From assembly GCA_963589675.1 (NCBI GenBank), contig CAVALL010000002.1, positions 2,067 to 66,066 on the forward strand: a DNA stretch of 64,000 nucleotides, read 5' to 3'. The translations under genes were made by a program, and so were the position numbers. The stretch is from Alistipes onderdonkii (lineage in GTDB: Bacteria; Bacillota_I; Bacilli_A; RFN20; CAG-288). Below, piece by piece: positions 1-9,623 of the stretch (position 1 is its first letter; each line of letters starts with the position of its first letter). The notes beneath the pieces are model-generated. The model was not told the DNA's origin. It worked only from the letters and a program-made list of their open reading frames with translations, and did not search any database.

Positions 1-2138
1 TTGACTCGATCAATTGTGGATTCGATTTCGCTGTCTGGTGTGACACCGCCTTTCAACTCATAGGGAGTGTAGGTCTTTCTGGAATTGAACTCGGAGACTT
101 TTCCATCATTCCAGTTCTTGACCGGACGATAGTATCCTGTGATTCTAGAATAGACTTCAGCCTCTTTTCCACAAGTTGGGCACTTGAAGTGCTCGCCGGA
201 GATATAGCCGTGTTCGCTGCAGACGGAGTAGGTCGGGGAGAGTGTGAAGTAAGGAAGTCTGAAGTTATAGGCGATCTTCTTTACCAAAGAGGCTGCACTT
301 CTCCAGTCAGGAAGCTTTTCACCTAAGAAGGCGTGGAAGACTGTTCCGGATGTATATAGGACCTGTAAGTTATCTTCCATTTCCAAGGCTTTGAAGATAT
401 CATCGGTATAGTTGACCGGAAGATGAGAGGAGTTGGTATAGAACGGGGATCCTCCGTTTTTGCATGCTGTCTTGATATCCTTGAATTCAGCGACATCGTG
501 TTTGGCAAAACGGTATGTTGTGCTTTCGGCAGGAGTGGCCTCTAGGTTGAAGAGAGCTCCATATCTTTCCTGATAATCGGATAATCTTTCTCTCATATGA
601 TTGAGAATCTCTTCGGCAAGATGATTTCCAGCCTCAGTTGTGAGGTTTCCGCCAGTGAACCACTTTGCATTCTCAAGGCATTCATTCATACCGACAAGAC
701 CGATGGTTGAGAAGTGATTATCGAATGTTCCTAAATATCTCTTTGTGTAAGGATACATGCCCTGGTCAAGAAGACGGGTGATGACCTTTCTCTTGATGTT
801 GAGGGAACTAGCAGCAATATCCATATAGTGATCAAGGATGGAATAGAAGTCTTCCTTGGATTTGGATAAGTAGGAGATTCTAGGAAGGTTGAGAGTGACA
901 ACGCCGATGCTTCCTGTGGATTCACCGCTTCCGAAGTATCCGCCACCTTTCTTTCTTAATTCACGTAAGTCAAGACGGAGTCTGCAGCACATGCTTCTGA
1001 CATCGCTAGGCTTCATATCGGAATTGATGTAGTTGGAGAAGTAAGGAGTTCCGTATTTAGCAGTCATTGTGAAGAGGAGCTTGTTGTTCTCTGTTTCCGA
1101 CCAATCGAAATCCTTGGTGATGGAGTAGGTCGGAATCGGATACTGGAATCCTCTTCCTTCGCTATCACCTTCGATCATGATCTCAATGAAGGCCTTGTTG
1201 ACCATGTCCATCTCTTCCTTGCAGTCACCATAGGTGAAGTCCATCTCTTTTCCACCGATGATGGCAGGCATGTTGACCATATCCTCAGGGACGGTCCAGT
1301 CCAATGTGATATTGGTAAACGGAGCCTGGGTTCCCCAACGGGATGGTGTATTGACACCATAGATGAAGGACTGAACACACTGCTTGACTTCCTTATAGGA
1401 TAAATGATCGACTTTGACAAATGGTGCAAGATAGGTATCAAAAGAGGAGAATGCCTGAGCACCGGCCCATTCGTTCTGCATGATGCCTAAGAAGTTGACC
1501 ATCTGATTGCAAAGAGTCGATAAATGCTTGGCAGGAGAGGAAGTGATTCTTCCGACGACTCCTCCTAAGCCTTCCTTGATGAGCTGCTTTAAAGACCAAC
1601 CGGCACAATAACCGGTGAGCATGCTTAAGTCATGAAGGTGGATGAAGCACTGACGATGTGCGTCAGCAATCTCTTTGTCATAGATTTCGCTCAGCCAGTA
1701 GTTAGCAGTGATAGCACCAGAGTTAGAGAGGATAAGACCGCCAACAGAAAGAGTGACGGTGGAGTTTTCCTTGACTCTCCAGTCCTTATCCGTTCCGATG
1801 TATCCATCGACAAGCTTCTTATAGTCGATGAGGGTATTTTCAGCCTGTCTGACCTTTTCATGCTGATTGCGGTAGAGAATGTAGGCTTTGGCGGTATTCT
1901 GATAGCCGACTTTCATGAGTGTCTTTTCGACGACATCCTGAATTTCCTCAACAGTGGCAGTATCAGTGCCTTTTGCATTGAGTGTGGATTCAACGATCAG
2001 TTCTACAGCTCTTGCCATGGCAGAGATGTCCCTTGCGGGAATCTCACTGGTGGATATGAATGCCTTTGCAATGGCGTTTTCAATCTTTTCCGGTTCGAAT
2101 GCGACAACCGTTCCGTCTCTTTTTGTGATGCTTTTCAT
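1..2138 (-). CDS. nrdD: anaerobic ribonucleoside-triphosphate reductase NrdD (class III RNR); C-terminal end runs off the window start
   Basis: Minus-strand frame is open from the ATG at 2138 (RBS AAAGAGG upstream, N-term MKSITKRDGTVV...) to the window edge. Near coords ~60-250 the reverse translation gives Zn-ribbon cysteines (CSEHGY...CPTCGK) followed by the glycyl-radical motif SRITGYYRPV. It is absent from the ORF track because there is no stop inside the window. The plus-strand ORFs at 1632..2186 and 1954..2181 are antisense artefacts. Confidence 0.85.
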   Translation of the reverse strand, partial: MKSITKRDGTVVAFEPEKIENAIAKAFISTSEIPARDISAMARAVELIVESTLNAKGTDTATVEEIQDVVEKTLMKVGYQNTAKAYILYRNQHEKVRQAENTLIDYKKLVDGYIGTDKDWRVKENSTVTLSVGGLILSNSGAITANYWLSEIYDKEIADAHRQCFIHLHDLSMLTGYCAGWSLKQLIKEGLGGVVGRITSSPAKHLSTLCNQMVNFLGIMQNEWAGAQAFSSFDTYLAPFVKVDHLSYKEVKQCVQSFIYGVNTPSRWGTQAPFTNITLDWTVPEDMVNMPAIIGGKEMDFTYGDCKEEMDMVNKAFIEIMIEGDSEGRGFQYPIPTYSITKDFDWSETENNKLLFTMTAKYGTPYFSNYINSDMKPSDVRSMCCRLRLDLRELRKKGGGYFGSGESTGSIGVVTLNLPRISYLSKSKEDFYSILDHYMDIAASSLNIKRKVITRLLDQGMYPYTKRYLGTFDNHFSTIGLVGMNECLENAKWFTGGNLTTEAGNHLAEEILNHMRERLSDYQERYGALFNLEATPAESTTYRFAKHDVAEFKDIKTACKNGGSPFYTNSSHLPVNYTDDIFKALEMEDNLQVLYTSGTVFHAFLGEKLPDWRSAASLVKKIAYNFRLPYFTLSPTYSVCSEHGYISGEHFKCPTCGKEAEVYSRITGYYRPVKNWNDGKVSEFNSRKTYTPYELKGGVTPDSEIESTIDRV

Positions 2139-2154
2139 GTTTGGATACCTCTTT

Positions 2155-2670
2155 TCACAGACCGTAATCGAATTTGTCTAATGTAACGACACGTCCTTCT
2201 TCCCTGCTCTTTTTCACATCGATGATTCTCTGATTGCTGCTGCCTCTATAGATGCATTTATCGGTTAGAAGGGAATAGAGGAAGGGGCCATCGATGAGAA
2301 CATCGATATCATCAAGGGCATCTTTGGCTTCCTTCGAGACATTCTCGTTTTGGATAGCCTCATAGGTCCATCCGGTATAACACCATACATTGAGCCCTTT
2401 TTCCTTTAATTTCTTTGCTATGTAGTGACAGGCTTCTGCTTGAAGCAAGGGGTCCCCTCCTGAGAGAGTGACTCCGTCTAGATATTTCGTAGAGAGGATA
2501 TCATTTACGATATCATCGGCATCGTAGACTTTTCCTTTATGAATGTCCCATGTGTCAGGATTCTGGCATTTCTCACAGTGGTGTATGCAGCCCTGGAAGA
2601 ATAAAACATAACGTGAACCAGGACCGTTTACAAAGGAATGTCTTTCGATTCCAGCGATGATGACTTTCAA
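2155..2670 (-). CDS. nrdG: anaerobic ribonucleotide reductase activating protein (radical SAM)
   Basis: 171 aa; CxxxCxxC radical-SAM cluster motif in FFQGCIHHCEKCQNP. The small size and adjacency to nrdD (17 nt gap) are typical of NrdG. Confidence 0.85.
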   Translation of the reverse strand: MKVIIAGIERHSFVNGPGSRYVLFFQGCIHHCEKCQNPDTWDIHKGKVYDADDIVNDILSTKYLDGVTLSGGDPLLQAEACHYIAKKLKEKGLNVWCYTGWTYEAIQNENVSKEAKDALDDIDVLIDGPFLYSLLTDKCIYRGSSNQRIIDVKKSREEGRVVTLDKFDYGL

Positions 2671-3199
2671 GGCGATTCCTCCTTCATTTCAAGATAGAAT
2701 AGTACACGAAATAGCTTAACTATTATGCAATGAAAAATAGGGGAAAACAATCGTTTTGCCTATGAAAATATTTACACGATTTTTAGTGGTTTTTTAGTAA
2801 TTTAAGCAACTTTATTTAGCCTTCGTGGTTGATAAAAGGCAATCGCTCAATCAATTGGGCAAAACCTGAAAAACCTATGAATGAAATACATAAATCAAAA
2901 GCAAAAACAAAAGTGATTTAAATTGAATGCGTGATCAAAATCTATATTCAAAATGATTTGGTTAAATGAAAAATGACAAACACAAATAATTTGACAAAAA
3001 CGATGAAAAGTAAAATGATATAAAATCATTTCAAGTTTTCATCAAGCATTGTAAAAGGGAAAATAAGGAGGAAGAAAAGGTGTCTATGAACATAGAAATG
3101 ATAATTTTTTAAGCAACTTAAAAAAATAACTAGTAATGCGCTTACATTTGGTGTATAGTCTTTCTAGGAGTTGCCGAAAACGGCATTTAGAAAAGAACT

Positions 3200-4720
3200 A
3201 TGGAAGAAAATGAGAGTCGAAAAGAAGAGACGGGAAGATCCTATATTTCACAGACATCTGGTCTTCATGGAAATGATTATATAGGTTATGCGTTAGGTGA
3301 CTTTGCGGGATGTCTATGTTTCTCTACTGTCTCAACTATTTTGCAGAAGTACTATACGGATATCTTAGGTCTGACTCCTTTATTCATCATGATCATGTTC
3401 ATCGTTGCCCGTGTCTGGGATGCTATCAACGACCCAATCATGGGAAGAGTCGCAGATATCAGAAAGCCAGGAAAGGATGGAAGATATCGTGTCTGGATGA
3501 AGTGGGTTGCCATACCTCTTGCCTTATCTACAATCCTGATGTTCCTGCCATGGCCGGGTCTTGCTGATAAGATGGGTAAAGTCGGTGTCTGTGTCTATGC
3601 GACTGTCACCTATATCCTCTTCGGTATGATCTACACCATGCATCAGATTCCTTATGGTTCCTTAGCCTCTGTTGTCACAACAGATGCCAAGGAAAGAAAT
3701 AAGCTTTCTATCTTCCGTTCCGCTGGTGCTGCCTTAGGTTCGATTCCAGTCTTGTTCATCACGATGTTCTATTCCAAGAAAATGACAAATGCAGATGGTA
3801 GTGAAGTCCTTGGCGAAAACGGAAAAGTCCTTACTACTGTTCAGTATATGCCGATTATTATCGGTGTCTCCGTGATGGCTGTTGTTGCGGCTGTTCTCTT
3901 ATTCGTCGCTTATAAGAATAATAAGGAAAGAGTCGTCGCTGTTCAGAAGCCTCATGAAAAAGGTGAGACATTTAAGATTGCAAAGACACTATTGAAGAAT
4001 CGTAACTTCGTCGCTGTCTGTCTTACAGGTCTTCTCCTTCTTGCTGGTCAGATGTTCACACAGTCCTTCTATACCTATCTATTCAATGATCTCTTCGGAC
4101 AGAACTGGATGAACTTAGCTTCACAGGCCTGCACTTATGGTCCGATGATCATTTTGATGCTCTGTGCTGGTAAGCTTGTCCGTAAATTTGGTAAGAAAGA
4201 ACTCTGTGCATTTGGTGGTTTCCTTGCTGCTATTCCAAACTTCATCATGATTTTCATGAAGGACATCATTGTCAAATATCCTGTCATCTTCCTTGTCTTC
4301 TGTGTTATCAGTGGTTTTGGTCTTTCTATCATCGGTCTTGAAATCTGGGCATTAGCTACCGATGCTATCGATGATGTAGAAGTCAAGACTGGTTTACGCA
4401 ATGATGGTTCTGCCTATTCCGTGTTCATGTTCTTCAGAAAGCTCGGCCAGGTCGTTGCAGCTGTTGCCGTCAATGGTGCTCTTATCGGAATGAATTATAA
4501 ATCCGGTGCCGGTCAGGTTCAGTCTATGGAAACTCTGAATGTCATGTATTATATGGCTACCGCTATTCCTGCCGGTCTCTTCTTATTGTTAGGTCTTGTC
4601 ATGCTTCTTCTCTATACTTTGAGCAAAAAGAAGACAGATGCCTTACAGGATGAAAAGGAAGCACTCCTTGCTAAGCAAGCTGAAAACAATGAAATTGTCA
4701 TCGGCGGAGAGAATAAGTAA
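3200..4720 (+). CDS. GPH-family (glycoside-pentoside-hexuronide:cation symporter, MelB/YihO-like) sugar transporter
   Basis: 506 aa, 12-TM-like hydrophobic profile. N-terminal GPH signature region (GDFAGCL...YYTDILG...WDAINDPIMGRVAD). Own terminator downstream. Confidence 0.75.
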   Translation: MEENESRKEETGRSYISQTSGLHGNDYIGYALGDFAGCLCFSTVSTILQKYYTDILGLTPLFIMIMFIVARVWDAINDPIMGRVADIRKPGKDGRYRVWMKWVAIPLALSTILMFLPWPGLADKMGKVGVCVYATVTYILFGMIYTMHQIPYGSLASVVTTDAKERNKLSIFRSAGAALGSIPVLFITMFYSKKMTNADGSEVLGENGKVLTTVQYMPIIIGVSVMAVVAAVLLFVAYKNNKERVVAVQKPHEKGETFKIAKTLLKNRNFVAVCLTGLLLLAGQMFTQSFYTYLFNDLFGQNWMNLASQACTYGPMIILMLCAGKLVRKFGKKELCAFGGFLAAIPNFIMIFMKDIIVKYPVIFLVFCVISGFGLSIIGLEIWALATDAIDDVEVKTGLRNDGSAYSVFMFFRKLGQVVAAVAVNGALIGMNYKSGAGQVQSMETLNVMYYMATAIPAGLFLLLGLVMLLLYTLSKKKTDALQDEKEALLAKQAENNEIVIGGENK

Positions 4721-4767
4721 TTATCAGAAAACTTTGACATTATCAACAAAGATGTCAATAATATAAG

Positions 4768-4800
4768 AAAAGGAGCTGACGATTGCCAGCTCCTTTTCGA
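4768..4800 (+). terminator. rho-independent terminator after the GPH transporter gene
   Basis: aaaggagctgacgattgccagctcctttt: GC stem with tetra/hexaloop plus a T-run. Confidence 0.7.
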
Positions 4801-4984
4801 TTGGGCTATTTATTGATCTAGCTATAAGCAAGTATCAATCTATTTACGGAATAAGACATTAAACATTCATCTAGGTGATTGGCATTAGGGGTTAACCTTA
4901 TCTTAAATTTTACTTAAAATTTGTCTATTTTCCTTGACATAAAATATGAAAATGATAATATATTCAAAAAAGGAGGAGTTGTTT

Positions 4985-6910
4985 ATGTTTAGAAAAATCT
5001 TAGTTGGAATGACGTTGTTATTATCGAATCGTTTGTATCAGACTGTAAATGTTGAATTTCCAAACGACTCTATTTCTCAAGTGAAGTCTTTTGCTTGTGA
5101 TTTGGGTAATAATGCATGCGCTGTTCATGCTGAAGACGCAGAAAAGAAGATTGTTGGTGATGTGTGCACATTCCAATTTACTTCCAATGTTTCCATTATT
5201 GATGTGTGTGCTGAAGGCGATGAATCACTTACGGATTATTCAATCCATGATGGAAAAGAGATAATATGTACATTATCTAACTTTCGTGATTGCTCTTCGG
5301 TCACACTTACCTTTTCCGCAAGTGATGACGTACATGATAAATGTACAATCTATTTTGCAAAAGATGATGAAGGTTATTTTCATTCATCTTCACTCTCTTT
5401 GGATACAGCTCGGAGAGCTGCAGGTCAAGAACTGAATTATAATCTTGTTGACGAATCAAAAGATGAAACAACACCTATCACTTTATCGCCGATTTCTACT
5501 TGTAGCATTGGTGAGACTGGTGCTATTTACGGAACTTTGAAATGGAAGGATGCGCAGGGGAATACTCATCCTTTGGCCGGTGTTAAAGTGAAGACAACAA
5601 TGTCGATGAGTTGGTGGAGTGATGAGACATATACTGATGCTAGCGGATATTATAGAATTGAATATAGCGGCATTTGGCATGTCGGTGGTGGTATACCAAC
5701 GATTCATATTTACACTGAGAGTGACAATGTCAAAGTCCTAAGTGATGGAACTTATGAAAAGACATATCAATTTTCTTCTAGTGTCGGTGGCGAATTCTCT
5801 TATGTGTTTTCACCTGTTACGGATGGTGATATGGGTAAAGCGATGATGATCTTGCAGGGCGCAAAGAATTTTGCAGATTATGCGGAGTATCTCAATGGTG
5901 GAACATCGATAGATTTTTGTGACTTTAAATATCCTGGTGCAACGGATTATTGTTATTATGATAGAAACAATACTGTGAATATCTGTGCGGAAGCACCAGA
6001 TGAAGGCATGCCCGAAACATATGCCGGTTGGGATGTCATAGGCCATGAATACGGACATCATGTCCAACATTATTTCGGCATTGCAAACAATCCTGGTGGG
6101 ACACATTATGCAAATCATAATGCAATTGATGATCAAATTGATTGGGGATATTCGTTAAGCGATGCTAAGGATATAGGGCATAGGTTATCCTGGGGTGAGG
6201 GATGGGCTACTTATTGGTCTACAGTTGCTCAATCGCATTTCAGTTCCGAACTTAAGAGCATTCCAACAGTTGGTGATACACGCTATACAGCATACAATAA
6301 GGTTAATTATGATTTGAATTATTATGGAACAGGTTGTGGCGATGCCGATGAAATCGCAATTCAGCGGTTCTTGTATAAATTATATGATTCAAGTGTGGAC
6401 ACCTATGATAAGTTTGCCCTTGGTGAACTCACATTGTGGAATATCATTGTCTCAAATAAACCAACAACCTTTTATGAGTTCATCAATGATTTGTATAATC
6501 TTGGTTATAACAAAAATGATTTGGGACTGCTGCTTAGCAAGTACAATGTGATAACAGGAAAGATGACAGTTGATGATACTCGATATTTTGATAAGGTTCC
6601 GACATTCTCTTGGTCGACCGCTACTGGGTCATCAAATTTATATTTCGATAGTTTTGATCTGTATTTTGAAAATACAAATGGAACACTTATTGTCAAAGTG
6701 GAAAAACTGACTGCCTCGGGCAGTTCCGTTTCCTATACTCCTACTTTTCAAATATGGACAAAGATATTTTCCAATTCAAGTGAAAAATTTAATGTATATT
6801 TTGTTGCAAGACAGACTTATTCTTATACAAGCGGCAACTATTATTCTCAAGTGTTTACTTTTAATAGACCGACCAAAGAATCAACTGGAAGAATTCAAAT
6901 CAAGCAGTGA
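4985..6910 (+). CDS. secreted protein with HEXXH zinc-metallopeptidase-like motif (hypothetical peptidase)
   Basis: ORF track start is 4946, but the strong RBS AAAGGAGGAG at 4971-4980 precedes the ATG at 4985 (MFRKILVGMTLLL..., signal-peptide-like). HEYGHHVQH motif (IGHEYGHHVQHYF) around aa 360. Otherwise no family recognised by eye. Confidence 0.55.
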   Translation: MFRKILVGMTLLLSNRLYQTVNVEFPNDSISQVKSFACDLGNNACAVHAEDAEKKIVGDVCTFQFTSNVSIIDVCAEGDESLTDYSIHDGKEIICTLSNFRDCSSVTLTFSASDDVHDKCTIYFAKDDEGYFHSSSLSLDTARRAAGQELNYNLVDESKDETTPITLSPISTCSIGETGAIYGTLKWKDAQGNTHPLAGVKVKTTMSMSWWSDETYTDASGYYRIEYSGIWHVGGGIPTIHIYTESDNVKVLSDGTYEKTYQFSSSVGGEFSYVFSPVTDGDMGKAMMILQGAKNFADYAEYLNGGTSIDFCDFKYPGATDYCYYDRNNTVNICAEAPDEGMPETYAGWDVIGHEYGHHVQHYFGIANNPGGTHYANHNAIDDQIDWGYSLSDAKDIGHRLSWGEGWATYWSTVAQSHFSSELKSIPTVGDTRYTAYNKVNYDLNYYGTGCGDADEIAIQRFLYKLYDSSVDTYDKFALGELTLWNIIVSNKPTTFYEFINDLYNLGYNKNDLGLLLSKYNVITGKMTVDDTRYFDKVPTFSWSTATGSSNLYFDSFDLYFENTNGTLIVKVEKLTASGSSVSYTPTFQIWTKIFSNSSEKFNVYFVARQTYSYTSGNYYSQVFTFNRPTKESTGRIQIKQ

Positions 6911-6986
6911 TAGGTGAAGTGTTTCAAATGAATTAAGAGTTTTAACGAAGATAATTGTTTAATTGTAATAAAGGAGGAAGAACATC

Positions 6987-7583
6987 ATGATTCGAAAAGT
7001 GCGAAACATTATGTGCATCTTGTTACTTGCTTCACTTATGACTTCTTGCGGTAAAGCAACAGATGATATTATAAAAACATGGGATGGTTTTGGTGATGGA
7101 ATGAGCATAGTTCATTCTGATTTTAGTGCAAAAAGAAATCAAAATGAAAAAGAGGCGGAGTTCACTGTCTATTTTGGTGCAGGGAAAGGTTTTACAAAAG
7201 ATTGGAAAGAAGATCTTTGTGGATGTAATCCGGGTTATGGAATATTTGCTATAAGAAGGCAGATTTATGATGAGCAAAGTGTGATTGATACTCAATATAC
7301 TTTTATACCTGATTTTCCTGACGATGAGAAATATGCTATCATATGTGATAATAGTGACCATATTTTAGATGTCACCCGTATAAAATATAAGTATAGTCTT
7401 ATCATGACTTTTGATTTTTCGACTTTGTCTTTTTCAAAAGGAAAAATCAGGTATTCACTTTGTTATTATGATGATGTTAATCAACAAGAATTTAAAAGTA
7501 ATGTTTATAGTTATGGAATAAGTAGGCCAAACCCGATCAACTTTGAAAGAAAGGATGGAACCGTCACATTCAGTAGGAAATAG
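6987..7583 (+). CDS. hypothetical lipoprotein
   Basis: Signal peptide plus lipobox (LLLASLMTSCGK). RBS AAAGGAGGAAG upstream. 198 aa. Confidence 0.6.
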   Translation: MIRKVRNIMCILLLASLMTSCGKATDDIIKTWDGFGDGMSIVHSDFSAKRNQNEKEAEFTVYFGAGKGFTKDWKEDLCGCNPGYGIFAIRRQIYDEQSVIDTQYTFIPDFPDDEKYAIICDNSDHILDVTRIKYKYSLIMTFDFSTLSFSKGKIRYSLCYYDDVNQQEFKSNVYSYGISRPNPINFERKDGTVTFSRK

Positions 7584-7636
7584 ATGTGATGAAAGTCTTA
7601 TTTTAAGAATAAAGTTGTTAAATCTCGGCAACACAA

Positions 7637-7717
7637 GAAAAGGGGCTGTTAAAGTATTAGGCGTGCTTCCGGCTATGACGGAAGCTGCTCCTAATGGGCT
7701 TTCAGCCCTTTTTTTTC
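7637..7717. repeat. left terminal inverted repeat of the IS (itself a hairpin: AAAAGGGGCTGTTAAAG...CTTTCAGCCCTTTTTTTT)
   Basis: Direct comparison with the reverse complement of 9533-9613. Outer arms GGGGCTG(TT)AAAG / CTTTCAGCCC(C) pair with each other within each end as well as between ends. Confidence 0.75.
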
Positions 7718-7857
7718 GTTGCCTGATTTAAAGCTTTTCCGATGTTTTTCCTGTTTTCTGCCCGAAACACCGAAAAATAGGATAGAATATAAAAACACCG
7801 GTGACCGCCGGTGTCGAAGCTTCGTAAAAGACCTTTCTTCACAAAGGAGTTTTTACT

Positions 7858-9522
7858 ATGTCAAATTTTAGCATAAATCAACAATTTTTTATAGTGCCAT
7901 TTGGAAATGAGCCCAATGAGCGCAAGAAAATAGAGGCTTTCATGAGCCTCCTCTCCGAATCCGGGATAGAATCCTATCTTTCGAACTGGAAAAGCAGCGA
8001 CAGCAAGAAAGGACATCCGGAATGCAATCCGTATATGATGATGGCTGCCATCCTTCTATCGTTCTCGATTGACGGCGGAAGGCTCAGGGACATTGAATCC
8101 CGCTGCAGATTCGACACAAGATTCATCTATTTCATGGCCCAGGAGACACCGAGCCATTCCACGTTCTGCAAGTTCATGAACCAATGCATCCTTCCAAACC
8201 GTGACAGCATATTTTCCAAGATCACGTCAGTCATCTGTGCGAAAATGGGAATAGGGACATGCGAGGAGGCCTTTGTCGACGGGACAAAAATCGAGGCAAA
8301 CGCAAACAAATACAAGTTCGTGTGGAAGCCGGACAGGAAGATGAGGTGACTTCTCGAAAAGGCAACGGACGAGTGCATGCCGTTCTGTTCCGTGACAGGA
8401 CTGGAAGGACATGGACCTGTGCAGACGCTATCCGAGCTTGTGGCGATGCTTTCAGAGGAGATGAAAAAGGAAGGTATCGACGTTCATGCTGTCACGAAAG
8501 GAAAAGAGAAGCCGTCGATAGCCGTCGCCTATCTCGACTGTGTCTCATACCTTGAGAGGATGTCGGAATACCAGGAACAGTGCGAGATTTGCGGCAAGGA
8601 CCGTAATTCCTACTACAAGACGGACCATGACGCCACGGCGATGTGCCTCAAGGAAGACTATTATTCCGGCCTGGGAAGCAATATGCATGCCGGTTACAAC
8701 ATACAGGCAGCAGTATCGAAGGGAATAGTGTTATCGTACTATGTAAGCCAGGATAGAAGCGACTATAAGACATTGCCAACTTTGCTTGAGAGGCACAGGA
8801 TGATGTATAGGGCATACCCATCAGCAATCTGTGCTGATGCTGGATACGGCGGCGTCGCCAACTACGCCTATCTTAAGAAAAATGGAATTGAGAACTATGT
8901 CAAGACAAGCACGTGGGAAGGCGAGATATCGGGGAAAAGGCCGGCTCTCTACCAACTCGATGACAACGGCGAGATATTCTGTCTGTTCGGGAAGAAGGCG
9001 GTCGAGACTCAGGACTCGAGCAAGCCAAAGGCTGCAAACGCCAAGTTCTACACAGTCCGTTCCTGCCGCAACTGCATCTACAAGAAATACTGCAAGAAGA
9101 GCCTGAAGAGAAAAGGGAGAGGGCGGACATTTGAGATCAACGTCGAATTCATGGAAGAGAAAAACAAGGCGTTCAAGAACCTACTTTCGCCTAAAGGCAT
9201 AGAGATGAGAGTGAACAGAAGCATACAGGCCGAAGGCACTTTCGGCATAATAAAGCAGGATATGCGCTATGAGCGTTTCAGGCGAAGGGGATTGGAGAAG
9301 GCCTCGATGGAGGTGATGCTAAATTTCCTTGGGTTGAACATACGCAAGTATCTGAACTTTTTCGTATCCGGAAAGAACCTGGACTATTGGAAGGCTCCGA
9401 ATGATCTTGAAGCGGAAAAGCCTCACAGGTTTTCATGTGCCGTCAAGAAAGGAGGACTCAAGAAGAAAAAGATTGAGCCCAACCAAAAAGCCAAGAAAGA
9501 ATACAGAAGGAAGTCAAAATAA
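7858..9522 (+). pseudogene. IS1182-family DDE transposase interrupted by a single in-frame TGA at 8347-8349 (...KPDRKMR*LLEKATDECMPF...)
   Basis: ORFs 7858..8349 and 8377..9522 are in the same frame (both start at position 1 mod 3). Reading through the TGA gives one ~555-aa transposase with N-terminal InsH-like and C-terminal DDE (DAGY) regions. This may be a nonsense mutation or stop-codon readthrough. Confidence 0.7.
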
Positions 9523-9532
9523 AGGAAAGCAA

Positions 9533-9613
9533 AAAGGGGCTGAAAGCCCATTAGGATCAGCTCCCGTCATAGCCGGAAGCAAACCTAATGCTTTAACAGC
9601 CCCTTTTCGTTTG
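9533..9613. repeat. right terminal inverted repeat of the IS (AAAAAGGGGCTGAAAG...CTTTAACAGCCCCTTTTCG)
   Basis: Reverse complement matches 7637-7717. Confidence 0.75.
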
Positions 9614-9623
9614 AACGATGATT

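Larger units (their letters stand above)
7637..9613 (+). mobile_element. IS1182-family insertion sequence (~1.98 kb) with ~77-bp imperfect terminal inverted repeats; GC content clearly higher than its surroundings
   Basis: Left end 7637-7717 and right end 9533-9613 are reverse complements of each other (about 5 mismatches in 77). Internal transposase has an InsH-like N-terminal region (GHPECNPYMMMAAILLSFSIDGGRLRDIESRCRFDTRFIYFMAQETPSHSTF) and DDE region (DAGYGGVANYAYLKKNG). Many spurious overlapping ORFs in other frames are typical of a GC-rich insert in an AT-rich genome. Confidence 0.8.

Noticed and set aside
1632-2186. Plus-strand ORFs of 184 aa and 75 aa
   Set aside because: They are antisense to the nrdD coding frame, which has clear NrdD motifs and an RBS. 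No RBS, and low-complexity translation.
2671-3199. Searched for an NrdR box (ACACAATATATTGTGT-like palindrome) upstream of nrdG
   Set aside because: Only weak partial matches were seen (for example tacacgatttttagtgg), so no site was called.
8347-8349. Idea that the host uses genetic code 4 (TGA=Trp) because the transposase has an in-frame TGA
   Set aside because: Housekeeping genes (argS, pnp, ychF and others) are full-length under the standard code, with TGA used as a terminator (for example ispF). Only the foreign IS shows the in-frame TGA.
8259-9130. Several 60-98-aa Arg-rich ORFs on both strands inside the IS
   Set aside because: These are alternative-frame artefacts of the GC-rich transposase gene. 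The transposase frame carries the family motifs.
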